Shown here: positions 52,001-59,790 of the stretch, one piece after another
Numbering within the stretch: position 1 is the stretch's first letter
Layout: each line of letters opens with the position of its first letter
From: Phoronis australis
Lineage: Eukaryota; Animalia; Phoronida
Direction of reading: 5' to 3'
NCBI GenBank assembly: GCA_002633005.1
Contig: NMRA01000706.1
Location: 28,197-92,196, forward strand
DNA: 64,000 nt
Translations under genes and position numbers: made by a program
The notes under the pieces: model-generated
The model's input: only the letters and a program-made list of their open reading frames with translations
The model's database searches: none
Told to the model about the DNA's origin: nothing

Positions 52001-52594
52001 TTTCACTAATGTCTTGTCACATAATTTGCTCAAAAGTTTAGAACACGTGACGCAGTAAAAGATTTGGTGGTTCACCTAGGGATAACATGGCATGTTTACA
52101 TTTGTATTCGGCAGTATTTAGTATTTTGCACAGCCTGCGGTATTTACCTTCTGATTAAAACAGAATTGCTCATCTCTACCCTATCTAGATGTTTGACACG
52201 TCTGGAGAAACGGGCACCCCCTTCAGATGCTGTGTTATCACAGTGCATGTTTTGCAGGTGTCTCAGAACTTCCCTGCGCACTATAGTATAGAGTGCTCTT
52301 GAATAGTCCTTCTAAGCTCACCTTTCGTTCGTTGCCATACTTCTGAGTCATGTAGAGCAGGACTGCAAATAACCCAAGAATCACTCCTGCAATCATGGGC
52401 GATAAGAAACGAATGAAGTCTTTTTGGGGGTTAGACGGCTTTGGAACAACGATGTCGTAAGGGGAGAATCTTTCGACTTCCGCTGAAGGGTCTTTATGGT
52501 CCGCTGGGGGACTAATGCTGTCACTGATGGTAATAATGGTGCTCAATATGACGGCAATACCCAGGTGGAAAAGGTATCCAGCCATTTTGAGCAT
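9888..52594 (-). CDS. Giant spliced polycystin-1-like protein (signal peptide-TM1-PLAT-TM2-TM3 plus ~5,400 aa disordered region), ~5,800 aa, 3' end unresolved
   Basis: 15 exons chained with matching intron phases: 52594-52322, 51580-51502, 50074-49901, 47721-47646, 47047-46904, 46452-46029, 44783-44538, 43630-43537, 43306-39587, 35585-34107, 30518-28902, 28671-26788, 26375-25482, 18918-12316 (after repairing N artefacts), 10056-9888. The sum is about 17,434 nt, with no in-frame stop once the two artefacts are repaired. PLAT and TM2 motifs were recognised by eye. Confidence 0.75.
10085..10230. repeat. Degenerate (GGT/GAT)n low-complexity tract in intron
   Basis: Visible trinucleotide periodicity. 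Confidence 0.8.
11345..11522 (+). repeat. Dispersed repeat with cccaacttgtt/aacaagttggg hairpin, copy 1
   Basis: Direct, diverged copy at ~20333-20520. Confidence 0.7.
11616..11838 (+). repeat. Dispersed MITE-like repeat, copy 1
   Basis: Shares G/C-tract ends, gcctcagagaaacaaaaa and gctgggtgcg(c/a)gcat with 53756-54001. Confidence 0.65.
12316..18918 (-). CDS. Exon E15: ~6.16-kb single exon, split into three ORFs by N artefacts at 17804 and 15401
   Basis: Acceptor tcctttttgtcatattttttag|GG (phase 1), donor AAG|gtgagg (phase 0). After N17804 a shifted frame reads PRAPPPPLPPSFPQQF...YNWS directly into MDEPFIESP. Collapsing the 440-nt offset duplication at N15401 fuses the 832-aa and 1067-aa ORFs in frame. 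Confidence 0.8.
14964..15840. other. Artefactual/allelic duplication (14964-15400 = 15404-15840) across N15401
   Basis: 437-bp copies identical by eye except one synonymous substitution (15031 t vs 15471 a). Confidence 0.9.
20333..20520 (+). repeat. Dispersed repeat with hairpin, copy 2
   Basis: Similar to 11345-11522. Confidence 0.7.
21654..22066. mobile_element. MITE with ~20-bp TIR C(A/T)GGGCC(C/T)GGTCTC(C/T)AATCT and TCGA-rich interior
   Basis: ctgggcccggtctccaatct ... agattagagaccaggccctg. The same terminus occurs at 173-192. Confidence 0.75.
21769..23043. other. Allelic duplication (21769-22394 vs 22423-23043) across N22422
   Basis: Near-identical copies with a 5-bp indel and three substitutions near the right end. 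Confidence 0.85.
22395..22421 (+). mobile_element. Terminus of a CATAGGCGGATTTAGGGGG element, truncated at the N joint
   Basis: Resembles the reverse complement of the 56870-56891 terminus; absent from the duplicate flank at 23043. Confidence 0.65.
25482..26375 (-). CDS. Exon E14: acidic-tract exon (module copy B2)
   Basis: tcgtattacag|(G)QGKPCVWLKCPKK...GGFF|gtaagt; 894 nt, phase 1-1. Confidence 0.85.
26788..28671 (-). CDS. Exon E13: basic exon ending in Pro/Cys-rich motif (module copy A2)
   Basis: actttttgcag|TA AAA GGA GCA GTG leads into the 627-aa ORF; donor AAAG|gtagca; 1,884 nt, phase 1-1. Confidence 0.8.
28902..30518 (-). CDS. Exon E12: acidic-tract exon (module copy B1)
   Basis: tgtttcgtttag|(G)QKWACRTCKEKDD... 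continues in frame into the 516-aa ORF; donor ATAT|gtacgt; 1,617 nt, phase 1-1. Confidence 0.8.
31733..32992. mobile_element. Kolobok-type non-autonomous element, same family as 6623, with TTAA TSD
   Basis: TTAA at 31729-31732 and 32993-32996. Inverted ends match for all 90 bp visible before the gap. The right arm carries the THAP start MPHCCCVP (ATG 32727, minus). Confidence 0.85.
31823..32702. other. Assembly gap
   Basis: N run inside the Kolobok element. Confidence 1.
34107..35585 (-). CDS. Exon E11: basic exon ending in Pro/Cys-rich motif (module copy A1)
   Basis: Within the 550-aa ORF. Acceptor aataatttag|GT, donor AACG|gtaagt; 1,479 nt, phase 1-1. Paralogous to 26788-28671. Confidence 0.85.
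36089..37767. mobile_element. Second Kolobok family element (internally deleted), nested in a CAGTGGCG-ended element
   Basis: Imperfect TIRs AGGAGCATGCGACCG / AGGAGAATGCCACTCG, flanked by TGAA (36085-36088) and TTAA (37768-37771). THAP N-terminus MLRCIVPACPN...GILFFRLPRE..MLRIWL on minus from 37606. Converging plus-strand remnant from ~37216 (DYQSEQEYSDEEILERR...RMDW), resembling a KolX start. Confidence 0.7.
37768..38245 (-). mobile_element. Second copy (terminal part) of the 55857 element
   Basis: Reverse-complement similarity to 55857-56405; ends ...gatatcctagatctgccactg. Confidence 0.8.
38789..39016 (-). CDS. Possible optional exon (228 nt, phase 1-1)
   Basis: Open frame AFSTSTQGHQK...MQKAMMNQINSKQ...AAKQF with donor TCG|gtgaac. 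The acceptor aatatag is weak. Not counted in the CDS length. Confidence 0.3.
39587..43306 (-). CDS. Exon E9: 3,720-nt basic/Ser-rich exon
   Basis: Contains the 1224-aa ORF. Acceptor ttcgttcatttcag|CC, donor CAAG|gtaagt; length divisible by 3, phase 1-1. Confidence 0.85.
43537..43630 (-). CDS. Exon E8 (small linker exon)
   Basis: tatttcttccag|IEEGTSAVKEELKDKCICKEIAKAMTSVRGT|gtatga; 94 nt, phase 0 to 1, the only open frame after this acceptor. An alternative phase-1 donor 4 nt further on in E7 could skip it. Confidence 0.55.
44538..44783 (-). CDS. Exon E7
   Basis: tttgcatag|AIADSEDSPEKREFKDVEV...KPTPIL|gtaggt; 246 nt, phase 0-0. Confidence 0.75.
45373..45672 (-). mobile_element. Single terminal arm of the same Kolobok family
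   Basis: Similar to 32703-32992 and to the reverse complement of 6623-6920, including gcagcaacagtgtggcat and a degenerate terminus. Confidence 0.8.
46029..46452 (-). CDS. Exon E6: polycystin-1-type TM2 and TM3
   Basis: attttcag|LFQRCFIERFFEYHLWLNIFS...RFAAATLLMGIVANVLFLNAY...FAFSSKALWTSFLVLSVLSFGIGLVWEGIVR...RKRAQ|gtaata. The F..LF......HLW..F motif after PLAT is characteristic of the PKD1 family. 424 nt, phase 2 to 0. Confidence 0.8.
46600..46810. repeat. Degenerate (CAT)n/(GAT,GGT)n low-complexity tract in the GC-AG intron
   Basis: Visible trinucleotide periodicity with a strand switch. Confidence 0.75.
46904..47047 (-). CDS. Exon E5: end of PLAT domain, with GC donor
   Basis: ttactttttgtag|YCCDITVYDPVTKANFYFPAQKWIRTS...NKIAFM(R)|gcaaga; 144 nt, phase 2-2. 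Matches the PLAT C-terminal pattern IxVxDxxT...YFPxxxW. Confidence 0.85.
47646..47721 (-). CDS. Exon E4: PLAT domain
   Basis: tttcaacctag|(E)RIVNYSQLRFCNGTWFNLKISFYG(R)|gtaagt; 76 nt, phase 1 to 2, bridging E3 and E5. Consensus donor. Confidence 0.75.
49654..49792. other. Assembly gap
   Basis: N run after a CT-rich tract. Confidence 1.
49901..50074 (-). CDS. Exon E3: PLAT domain
   Basis: aaccag|(G)SSTVTEISIRLCGEGKQVSRWYSLHE...PLQIGNRDVFIVFTE|gtacgg; 174 nt, phase 1-1. Fits the PLAT pattern GxxTxxxVxIxLxGxxGxS...FxxGxxDxF. Confidence 0.85.
51502..51580 (-). CDS. Exon E2: start of PLAT/LH2 domain
   Basis: ttctgtcttttcaactag|SCIIPLKKGQCEVVPYILIVRTGAWP(G)|gtgagt; 79 nt, phase 0 to 1. YILIVRTG matches the PLAT N-terminal Y-x-I-x-V-x-T-G strand. 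Not in the ORF track. Confidence 0.85.
52322..52594 (-). CDS. Exon E1: signal peptide, short stalk and TM1
   Basis: MLKMAGYLFHLGIAVILSTIITISDS (signal-like) ... DFIRFLSPMIAGVILGLFAVLLYMTQKYGNERK. Acceptor ttttcccgtaacag 2 nt upstream of the ATG (exon starts 52596); donor AAG|gtgagc, phase 0. Confidence 0.8.
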
Positions 52595-52672
52595 TTCTGT
52601 TACGGGAAAACATAAGTCTTATTACCTTTCGAACTAAAAGTGTTAAAATATGACGTTTGTCAGTTCATCGTA

Positions 52673-52852
52673 ACAGTAGTTGTGATGGTAGTGGGGGTGG
52701 TGGTGGTGGTTGTTGTTGTAGCTGTCTATCAGTTGTGGCAGCAGTAGCGGTAGTGGTAGTGGTAGTAGCAGTTGGTAGTGGTCATGATGGTGGTGGATGA
52801 TTTTTGTTGTTGTCTAATAGTTGTTGTGGCAGCAACAGTAGTAGTAGTAATG

Positions 52853-52895
<43 letters not shown>

Positions 52896-53170
52896 CAGTA
52901 GTAGTGGTGGTGGTGGTGGTGGTGATTGGTTGTTGTTGTTGTCTACTAGTTGTTGTAGCAGCAGTTGTAGCATCAGTAGTAGTAGCAGTAGTAGTAGTAG
53001 TAGTAGTAGTAGTACATGTAGTAGTTAGTAGTGATGGTGGTGGTGGTATTAGTGGTAGTAGTAGTCGTAGTAGTGGTATTAGTTATTAGTACTTAGTATA
53101 AGTGGTAATTGTTGTTGTTGTTGTTGTTATTGTTGTCTACTAGTTGTTGTAGCAGCAGCACCAACAACAC
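52673..53170. repeat. Compound trinucleotide microsatellite (GTA/GTG/GTT/GCA)n
   Basis: Long (gta)n runs, with a recurring ttgttgttgtctactagttgttgtagcagcag-like higher-order unit. Confidence 0.95.
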
Positions 53171-53329
53171 AAGCTGTAGTGGTTTTTTTGAAAAAGATAA
53201 TCGGAGTCGGTCTGATACACCTTATATCAGACGTGCGCCGGCCGCACATGTGGGCATATTGCACCGATCATATGGAATCACTTTTATGCTTTATTAATAT
53301 ATAGTTAAAACAGAACTGAATACATAGAA

Positions 53330-53427
53330 ACATGACTCAAGGGTTTAGCAGTGTGACCCAGTGGCATTTGAACCCACGACCTCGAGTTAATAAAGCGGGC
53401 ATCTATCATACTGGGCCACACTGCCTC
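53330..53427 (-). mobile_element. tRNA-derived SINE head (degenerate)
   Basis: Minus strand GAGGCAGTGTGGCCCAGTATGATAG...GAGGTCGTGGGTTCAAATGCCACTGGGTCAC with Pol III box A-like and box B-like motifs. Confidence 0.6.
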
Positions 53428-53755
53428 CTCAGTATTGAGTTAGGCATACATGCTCTCCATTTAGCACGACCAGTGGGGAATTTTCCGCCCCGGGCGTATA
53501 TTCGGGAAAAAAGCAGGGGTGAAATATAAGTATCCTCTTTCCAACTAAACATGAACACCAAAATCGTAGGTAATATAATTTTTCAGCAATAAACTGTTAC
53601 CTCTGAGTACTTATACATGTGCATTGTCGTATATGGGCCATCTCGGTTTCAGTTTACATCTACCTACACAGTATTGAGACGCTCAAACGTATGTTCATTA
53701 TTCATAAAAGCTCGGGTACCGTATGTATCTGTATCTTGGTTTTCAGTTTATAAAC

Positions 53756-54001
53756 CATGCAGGGGGGCTTCGGGGGGCTCGAACGAGCCCCATTATTTGG
53801 TGAAGAGAGTAAAAAGTCTGCCTCAGAGAAACAAAAACTCCAAAAAATACAAAACGAGACAAAAGTCCGCTAAAAAGGCAAGAACAATCAAAATTTGGCA
53901 AATGACCAATTCATAGCTTCGAACGTACCCCGTTAAATCTTAGTGAAAGGTCAACATTCTCAAAATTCGATCCCCCCATTCTTAGGCTGGGTGCGAGCAT
54001 G
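53756..54001 (+). repeat. Dispersed MITE-like repeat, copy 2
   Basis: Same family as 11616-11838. Confidence 0.65.
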
Positions 54002-55856
54002 CTCTAAACTGATATTTTACGAATAGAGGCATGCAGTAAATTCTTGCAGTAGTCTAGTACAGTATAAGTAACCGCACTGGTAAAAGCATGACAATTTTGA
54101 GACATCCAGTTGAGAAAACAGATCAAGTTTGAGTCTAATACTGAAATGAAAAAAATTACTAAAAATGATTTCTCTAACAGCACTAGTGGCAGTAAGAGTA
54201 TTTCAACACTCCGTTTCAAAGAACTTGTTAAAACTAGTTCTTTGAAAGGGCTTGATTTCCGTGAAGTTGCGTTCGCCATATACTGTACTTTCTTCAGATA
54301 AATTTCTTCATGCGGTTTTAATTTTGACGTCCACGAGGTAATATTTAAATGCGATGTTAAAATCGGTTTTGGCCTATTAACAGATACTAAATATGACTTT
54401 ATTGTCTAGTTCTCTGACAACCTCAGGGATTTGAAGGAAACTTTGAAAACTCCTTTCAAAATCCGCTTATGGGGCAAGCGTGAACTGCGCTTTTGGCAAA
54501 TTACGCGGTAACTATGGAAAAAGTCCTTCCACCAAGGATCATAAGGTCCATTTTTGAAATAAGGGTATGCGCTTTAAGTCGATTCCTGCTTTTATCTTTC
54601 AAGATTGACACCAATCCCTGCCTTTATATTTCAAGGTTGACGCCAATGATTTATTGAAATCATCAAAAACGGAAACTTGGGTATCTTTTTAATATGAGGT
54701 TAAGCACTTTCAATGCAGCGGCTGGTTTATCAACTACAGTAGCAGAAGTCTGTTAATGGTAGTGCTTGTGCGAGTAGCAGTAGGAGGAGGAAGAGGAGTA
54801 GTCATGGCAGCAGCAGCAGCAGTGCCAGTAGGGTTGGAAGTCTGTTCGCTCGTAGTGTAACACTTAGTAATATACATTAATCGCATTTGCATTGCACTTG
54901 TAATAATGACCAGGGCATGCCCAAGTTCATTTTAAGATATTAGACATTATACAATTTCTTTCAATTCCTCCATTTGCACATTATATTTACTGAGGGTAAA
55001 CTCATGAAATGTATGGATGTACTTGGTTCATTGCTCAGCATTCAGGTCACTGATACACAGTAATTATAATATGACGTCATTAGGTCAAATTTTGGGGCAT
55101 AAGATGACTGACGGCCTAATTATTCGTTGTGCAATGAGATAAAGAGAGATGAAATATAATACTTGTATTATTCCATAAGTGTTTCAGGGACTTTGATTAT
55201 GTTAATAAACACACTAAGCAAGTGTTTTGCCAAAACACTGGAAACATCGTCCGATTTATGTCCATTTAACAGTCTCTGTGGACTTTTTCGATGGACCTTC
55301 AGCTATGTTTCAGCTCAGATCAAAGACAACAGATACGCAACTCAGATCTTCCAATTGGAATCCACAGAAGACTTTCCGGCTAGTGAGCAGACGACTTACT
55401 TTGTTAGCGGAAGTAAAATTGTGATTATCACCAGGTTCCGATATTGAATAATAACCCCGTGGCCAATAGTGTTGGTCGCGCCGTGTGCGTAATATCGCAA
55501 TTTTTTGTCCATCGAGAATAAACAGCGTTGACTGTCAATGTACTACAGTATATGGTTTGAGGTGAGTACCATCAGTGATCGAAGTAGAACTTAAAGCAGC
55601 AGTACTAGTCTAGTAAAAGTAGAGGGGGTAGCGATTTAGTAACATTAGTAGTATCAGATGTAGTATTAGTTTGTTGTTGGAGGAGTACGAGTAGCCTATA
55701 TTCACCCAAAGCGAGTATTACACAAAAATGAAATGACATCAGAGCACTTAAAACAGATTTTTAAAGTACATATACCAAAAGAATGGGAGGAAAATATAAT
55801 TTTCAGTGTTTTAGTTTCAACCAAACCAAATTCCCACCTTGAAGTACATGTATTTA

Positions 55857-56891
55857 CAGTGGCGGATCTAGGATATCACAAGGCGGGGGGGCAACATTTT
55901 GTCCGGCTGTAAACATTTGCGCAAACTGAACCACGATTGTAGATGCGCATAGCACCAAATGGGGTGAGGTCGGGAGGGGGGTTTGCCCCCCTCCCGCCCA
56001 GGAAATTTTTCTGTTTTGACCTCTAAAAATCAAGTATTTTCCTTGATTCCTGAAGTATTAACCAAGAAAAAAAAAGGCAAAAAAAAAAACACGGAAAACG
56101 TGTCAAACAGGAAAAACTGCAAGTACCAAAGACTCCATCTCACGACCTTGCGCATAGAGCGCGCGTGCGTTACCACTACACCACCACGATTTAGCTACTA
56201 ATCTCATACTAAGAGACGTACTTGTTTATGGTCCACAGCGTTTGCGCGCGAAACCTACTTCTTTTTGTAATGCTTATTACACGTTTTGTGCCATCGATTC
56301 TTAACAAATTTTTCGTATTTAAAATAGTCTTAAAATGCCCAAAAGACCAAATCCGATATTCGTGTTGGCAATAATGACCGGGGATTGCTTTGGAAATCGT
56401 CTTAACATAAGGTTTGACAAAGAGAGCATTGCGAGTTTCTGAGTGATTCACTAAGGCTTCTATTAAAATTCCCATCTTACCAGCAGCTTCTGTTTTTTCA
56501 TCGTCACTCAGATTCCATTTTCTTTAAAAAATGAAGTAAATTTTCTTCATTGCACAGTGGAGCAGACGACGGAAACTGAGTCGTAGTGCGCAGCGCCACT
56601 GCCGGTCGCTTGGGATATCGTGGGAGAGCCTATACTTAGCCATAGTTCCGTTACGAATGCGCCGTGTTCCGAATTTGACACTTGAAATTGGATTTGAGCC
56701 CCCCCCAACACTAAAACTGCACACATTTAAATCTTTTTTCATCCGTATACTTTTAATTACCGGGGTTAATTAATAAACTCAACATTTATTTCCCTACGCT
56801 CTTACTGTTTTATTTTTTTTGCAGCAGCCAAGGGGGGGGGGGGGCGGGGGGCCGGGCCCCCTGGGCCCCCCCCCCCCTAAGCCCGCCTATG
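55857..56891 (+). mobile_element. Non-autonomous DNA transposon with CAGTGGCGGATCTAGG / CCTAAGCCCGCCTATG ends and 5-bp TSD
   Basis: Imperfect TIR with G/C-tract subtermini; ATTTA at 55852-55856 and 56892-56896. An inverted paralog lies at ~36035-36088 plus 37768-38245. Confidence 0.7.
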
Positions 56892-57034
56892 ATTTAGGTA
56901 ACCGCAGACGATCACACCGGATATATTTTTCATCGTTTTACCTTTCTCTAACAACGAACGATCACATCGTCTTCCAACTTGTAATCTCAGTGTTGACCGA
57001 AATCACGCCACACAATGGTCCGAATGCCAGCCAA

Positions 57035-57320
57035 TCAGCCAATTGAATGACTCAGCTTACGAGTTCACAAAATGTAAATGACGGAGTGCCAAAACGAAGA
57101 GTAAAAAGGAAAATCTTCGAGTTCATAAACTCTGTCGAAGGGCATGGTTTCTTTGCAGTTAAAGTCGACGCCTATTTCAGCACATAAATGTGTTCAAAAG
57201 ATGGCAATTTCGACGTGTGCAAGTTAATATTTGATGTACAAATCGAGTATGGTGTTTATGACTTAATGTTACGCTTTCAATGTGCGGACTTCCAATCGTG
57301 TTTTAGGGTTTGTTTACCCA
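57035..57320 (+). repeat. Dispersed ~285-bp repeat; inverted copy at ~63615-63897
   Basis: ctttcaatgtgcggacttc, aatatttgatgt and ataaatgtgttca are all found reverse-complemented in 63615-63897. Confidence 0.65.
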
Positions 57321-58380
57321 CTGGAGAAGGGAAAGTTATACCCGGTGCTTAAGATAGCAGTTGACAAGGACCCTGTTATGATTTATGATGCTAAAGATGA
57401 CAGTTGACACTGACCCTGACATTAGTTACGAATCAACTAGAAATTAAGAGTTCTATACACGTTGTAAATTCTTCTGGATGGACAAAGTCTTTGGTATACC
57501 ATACTTACTTGTAAAGAGTTGTTCTTCACTTTCGATTGTTTTTCCGTGATGTAAGCTCGTGAGGCTTAACGTAAAGCATCACATTCACGTGTTCGATCAA
57601 TGACAAAGTTACGCAATCAAACGTATTTAGAGAAGTTATGATACAACTCTACACATTTCTATAACGCATGTTGTGCAGCAGCTTACATAATATTTACTTA
57701 GGTGCACGCGCTGGCCATTGTGTGTTAATAATATCAAGATTAGTGATATGCAGGTCCATTTAAAACAAGGAAAAAGCCTGGTTTCTAATAGAACATGGAC
57801 TTGTCATTTTAATCTTTTGAACCTGATAAAGTCAAAAATTTTGACCCACCACTACAAAACGAGTCTTGAGTCGGGATTTGTCATTTTTTTAATTGTTATT
57901 TTTTCTGAAAATACAGTGTTTTCTGATCATTTTGAGGTATGAAACATGTCCTTATCTTCACAAGTGACCGAGTTATTGCCAATTCTAGTCGAGGAAAGCG
58001 AAAATTTAGAGCTTCAAAAGTCAAGGAAAATGGCCGACAAAAAGTGCCAATAGTGTCTTTAAAATTTCCATAGCAACCTGCAGTTGAATGCTACATTTCA
58101 GACTTATTAGTATACACAACAACATAAACAAATAAAAGGAATCAAAAATTAGACAGAATATAGACCTTATTATGTAATCTCAGCCAAAAAGGAGTGATAT
58201 TCATGTTGGGTTGCTGCAACTGAGTCAATAAATTTCCCAGCTAATGCATACAGGGTCAGTCCACTTGTGGCAGGAGGGGTTACCGCAAGTAAAACAAGAA
58301 GTTAAAGTGTATTTCGGAGAAGTTTAATAAAATTACAAAATACACGTTCCTGGCTGATTTTTGTTCAAAATAATTCAAAA

Positions 58381-58500
58381 TTTTACGCNTACGCCGTAAA
58401 GAATTGAATTACGCTCGTAATTTTACGGCGTAATTAACGGCGTAAATAACGGCGTAAATAACGGCGTAATGTACATAATTACGCTCGTATTTTTCCGGCG
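58381..58500. repeat. 12-bp tandem repeat ACGGCGTAA(A/T)TA around a single-N joint
   Basis: acggcgtaattaacggcgtaaataacggcgtaaataacggcgtaat, with an inverted unit tacgccgtaaa at 58390. Confidence 0.85.
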
Positions 58501-59570
58501 ACACTTCCCCCCCAACGGCCCATGATACGATTTCCTCGACTTCTCACCGAGTGATTCAGCCCTATCGAAGATTGTTCTGTCTTGCAGTAATATTCAGCTG
58601 CTTGCACCCCGATCGACTATCTTTGCAGATACAAGACATTGTTGTGCGATTAAGCTAATCCGGACTGTTTTCTTCAAGTTCTGTTTGTTCCAATCCAATG
58701 ACTTGGAAACAAACGTAACCGTATTCTCGATGGGTCGATCATGAAACTCCTCTGGCGACGAGTTGCTGCCGTCACACGACTCGTCTTTATCACGAAATCG
58801 CTCTTTGTCTCCATCAACAAATGTGCTTTTTGATGAGTTCAGTTAATTCTCGCTGATCTTGATACGGCAGTCAGAGGCAAGAGTTAATCACTGAGATATC
58901 AGCCACACGGCGACCAGCCATCTTACTGTCTTGAAAACATGCCGTGACATCACGACCCCACAGTTTCACACCCACTTAACTAGTTCTAGCGAATGAGGTC
59001 AGCGATGCATTAGGTTAAAAGGTCGTTGCTAGCTAAAAGACTGGTGAGTGACACTTCTGTTGAAAATACTCCGAATGCAAGAAGTGAAATAACGACTGAT
59101 GATTGGACGAAAAACTCAAAGAGCTTACTACATGCATAATGAGCAGAGTTTGACCTTTCTGTTGATGTGTTTACGAGCGAATTGGGTCATCGAAAGACTG
59201 AGCAATGAGGACACGAAAACCGGCAAATTTCGATGAAAATTTCACAAGATATGCAGTCGTGGAGAAGGTGATTTTTTCAAAATGAAATAAATAAGGTTTA
59301 AAATGAAGTTTGCTTGTTTTAAAGTATTGTTTTGTGAAGTAGAATGAATAAATAATCATATTCTGCAATAAAAAAATTTGACCTAATTTTAACTGATAGC
59401 AACTGTTTGCAGTCTTGTCAGGAAATGGAGTTTCCGACTTAAGACTCATTTTGTCGTGGTGGGTCACAAATGACAAATTAAAAACTACAATAATGCATGT
59501 ACCTATGTCAGATTTACGTAGCATTGTAAATTACGAAGCACTTTGAAAATTATTACTTGAATATGGACCT

Positions 59571-59790
59571 GGGCCCTTTTCCGAGAAACTGACTTCATTT
59601 ATACCTTAAGCCTAACATTTTTCTTAACTTCCGAACTCTGAAACTTCCGCATTAGCTTAAGTAGTCAAAATTAAGACAAAACTTCAGTCAAACTTAAGAT
59701 CTCTTTCTTGAGACAAATTTAAGTGTTATCTTAAAATTTACTAAAGTTTAAGATTTTTCTTAGCTGAGTCAGTTCTGTTGAAACGGGCCT
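59571..59790. mobile_element. MITE with GGGCCC-type imperfect TIRs and TTAAG-rich interior
   Basis: gggcccttttccgagaaactgact ... agtcagttctgttgaaacgggcc. Confidence 0.55.

Noticed and set aside
52540-52575. LFHLGIAVIL as a relic GPS motif (CxHLTxFAVL)
   Set aside because: It lacks the Cys residues and the catalytic Thr/Ser and is too far from TM1. It is better read as a signal peptide core.
52772-53089. Poly-Val/Ser/Leu ORFs (also 10025-10244 and 46561-46821)
   Set aside because: They are translations of trinucleotide microsatellites.
53330-53427. Functional tRNA gene
   Set aside because: No intact cloverleaf is visible and the boxes are degenerate, so it is treated as a SINE head.
58381-58500. 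CRISPR-like array
   Set aside because: The 12-bp head-to-tail units have no spacers and the context is eukaryotic.
58500-58925. Coding-like minus-strand stretch as an upstream exon
   Set aside because: It is interrupted by stops and has no recognisable REJ/GAIN motif. It is more likely a decayed transposon ORF of unidentified family.
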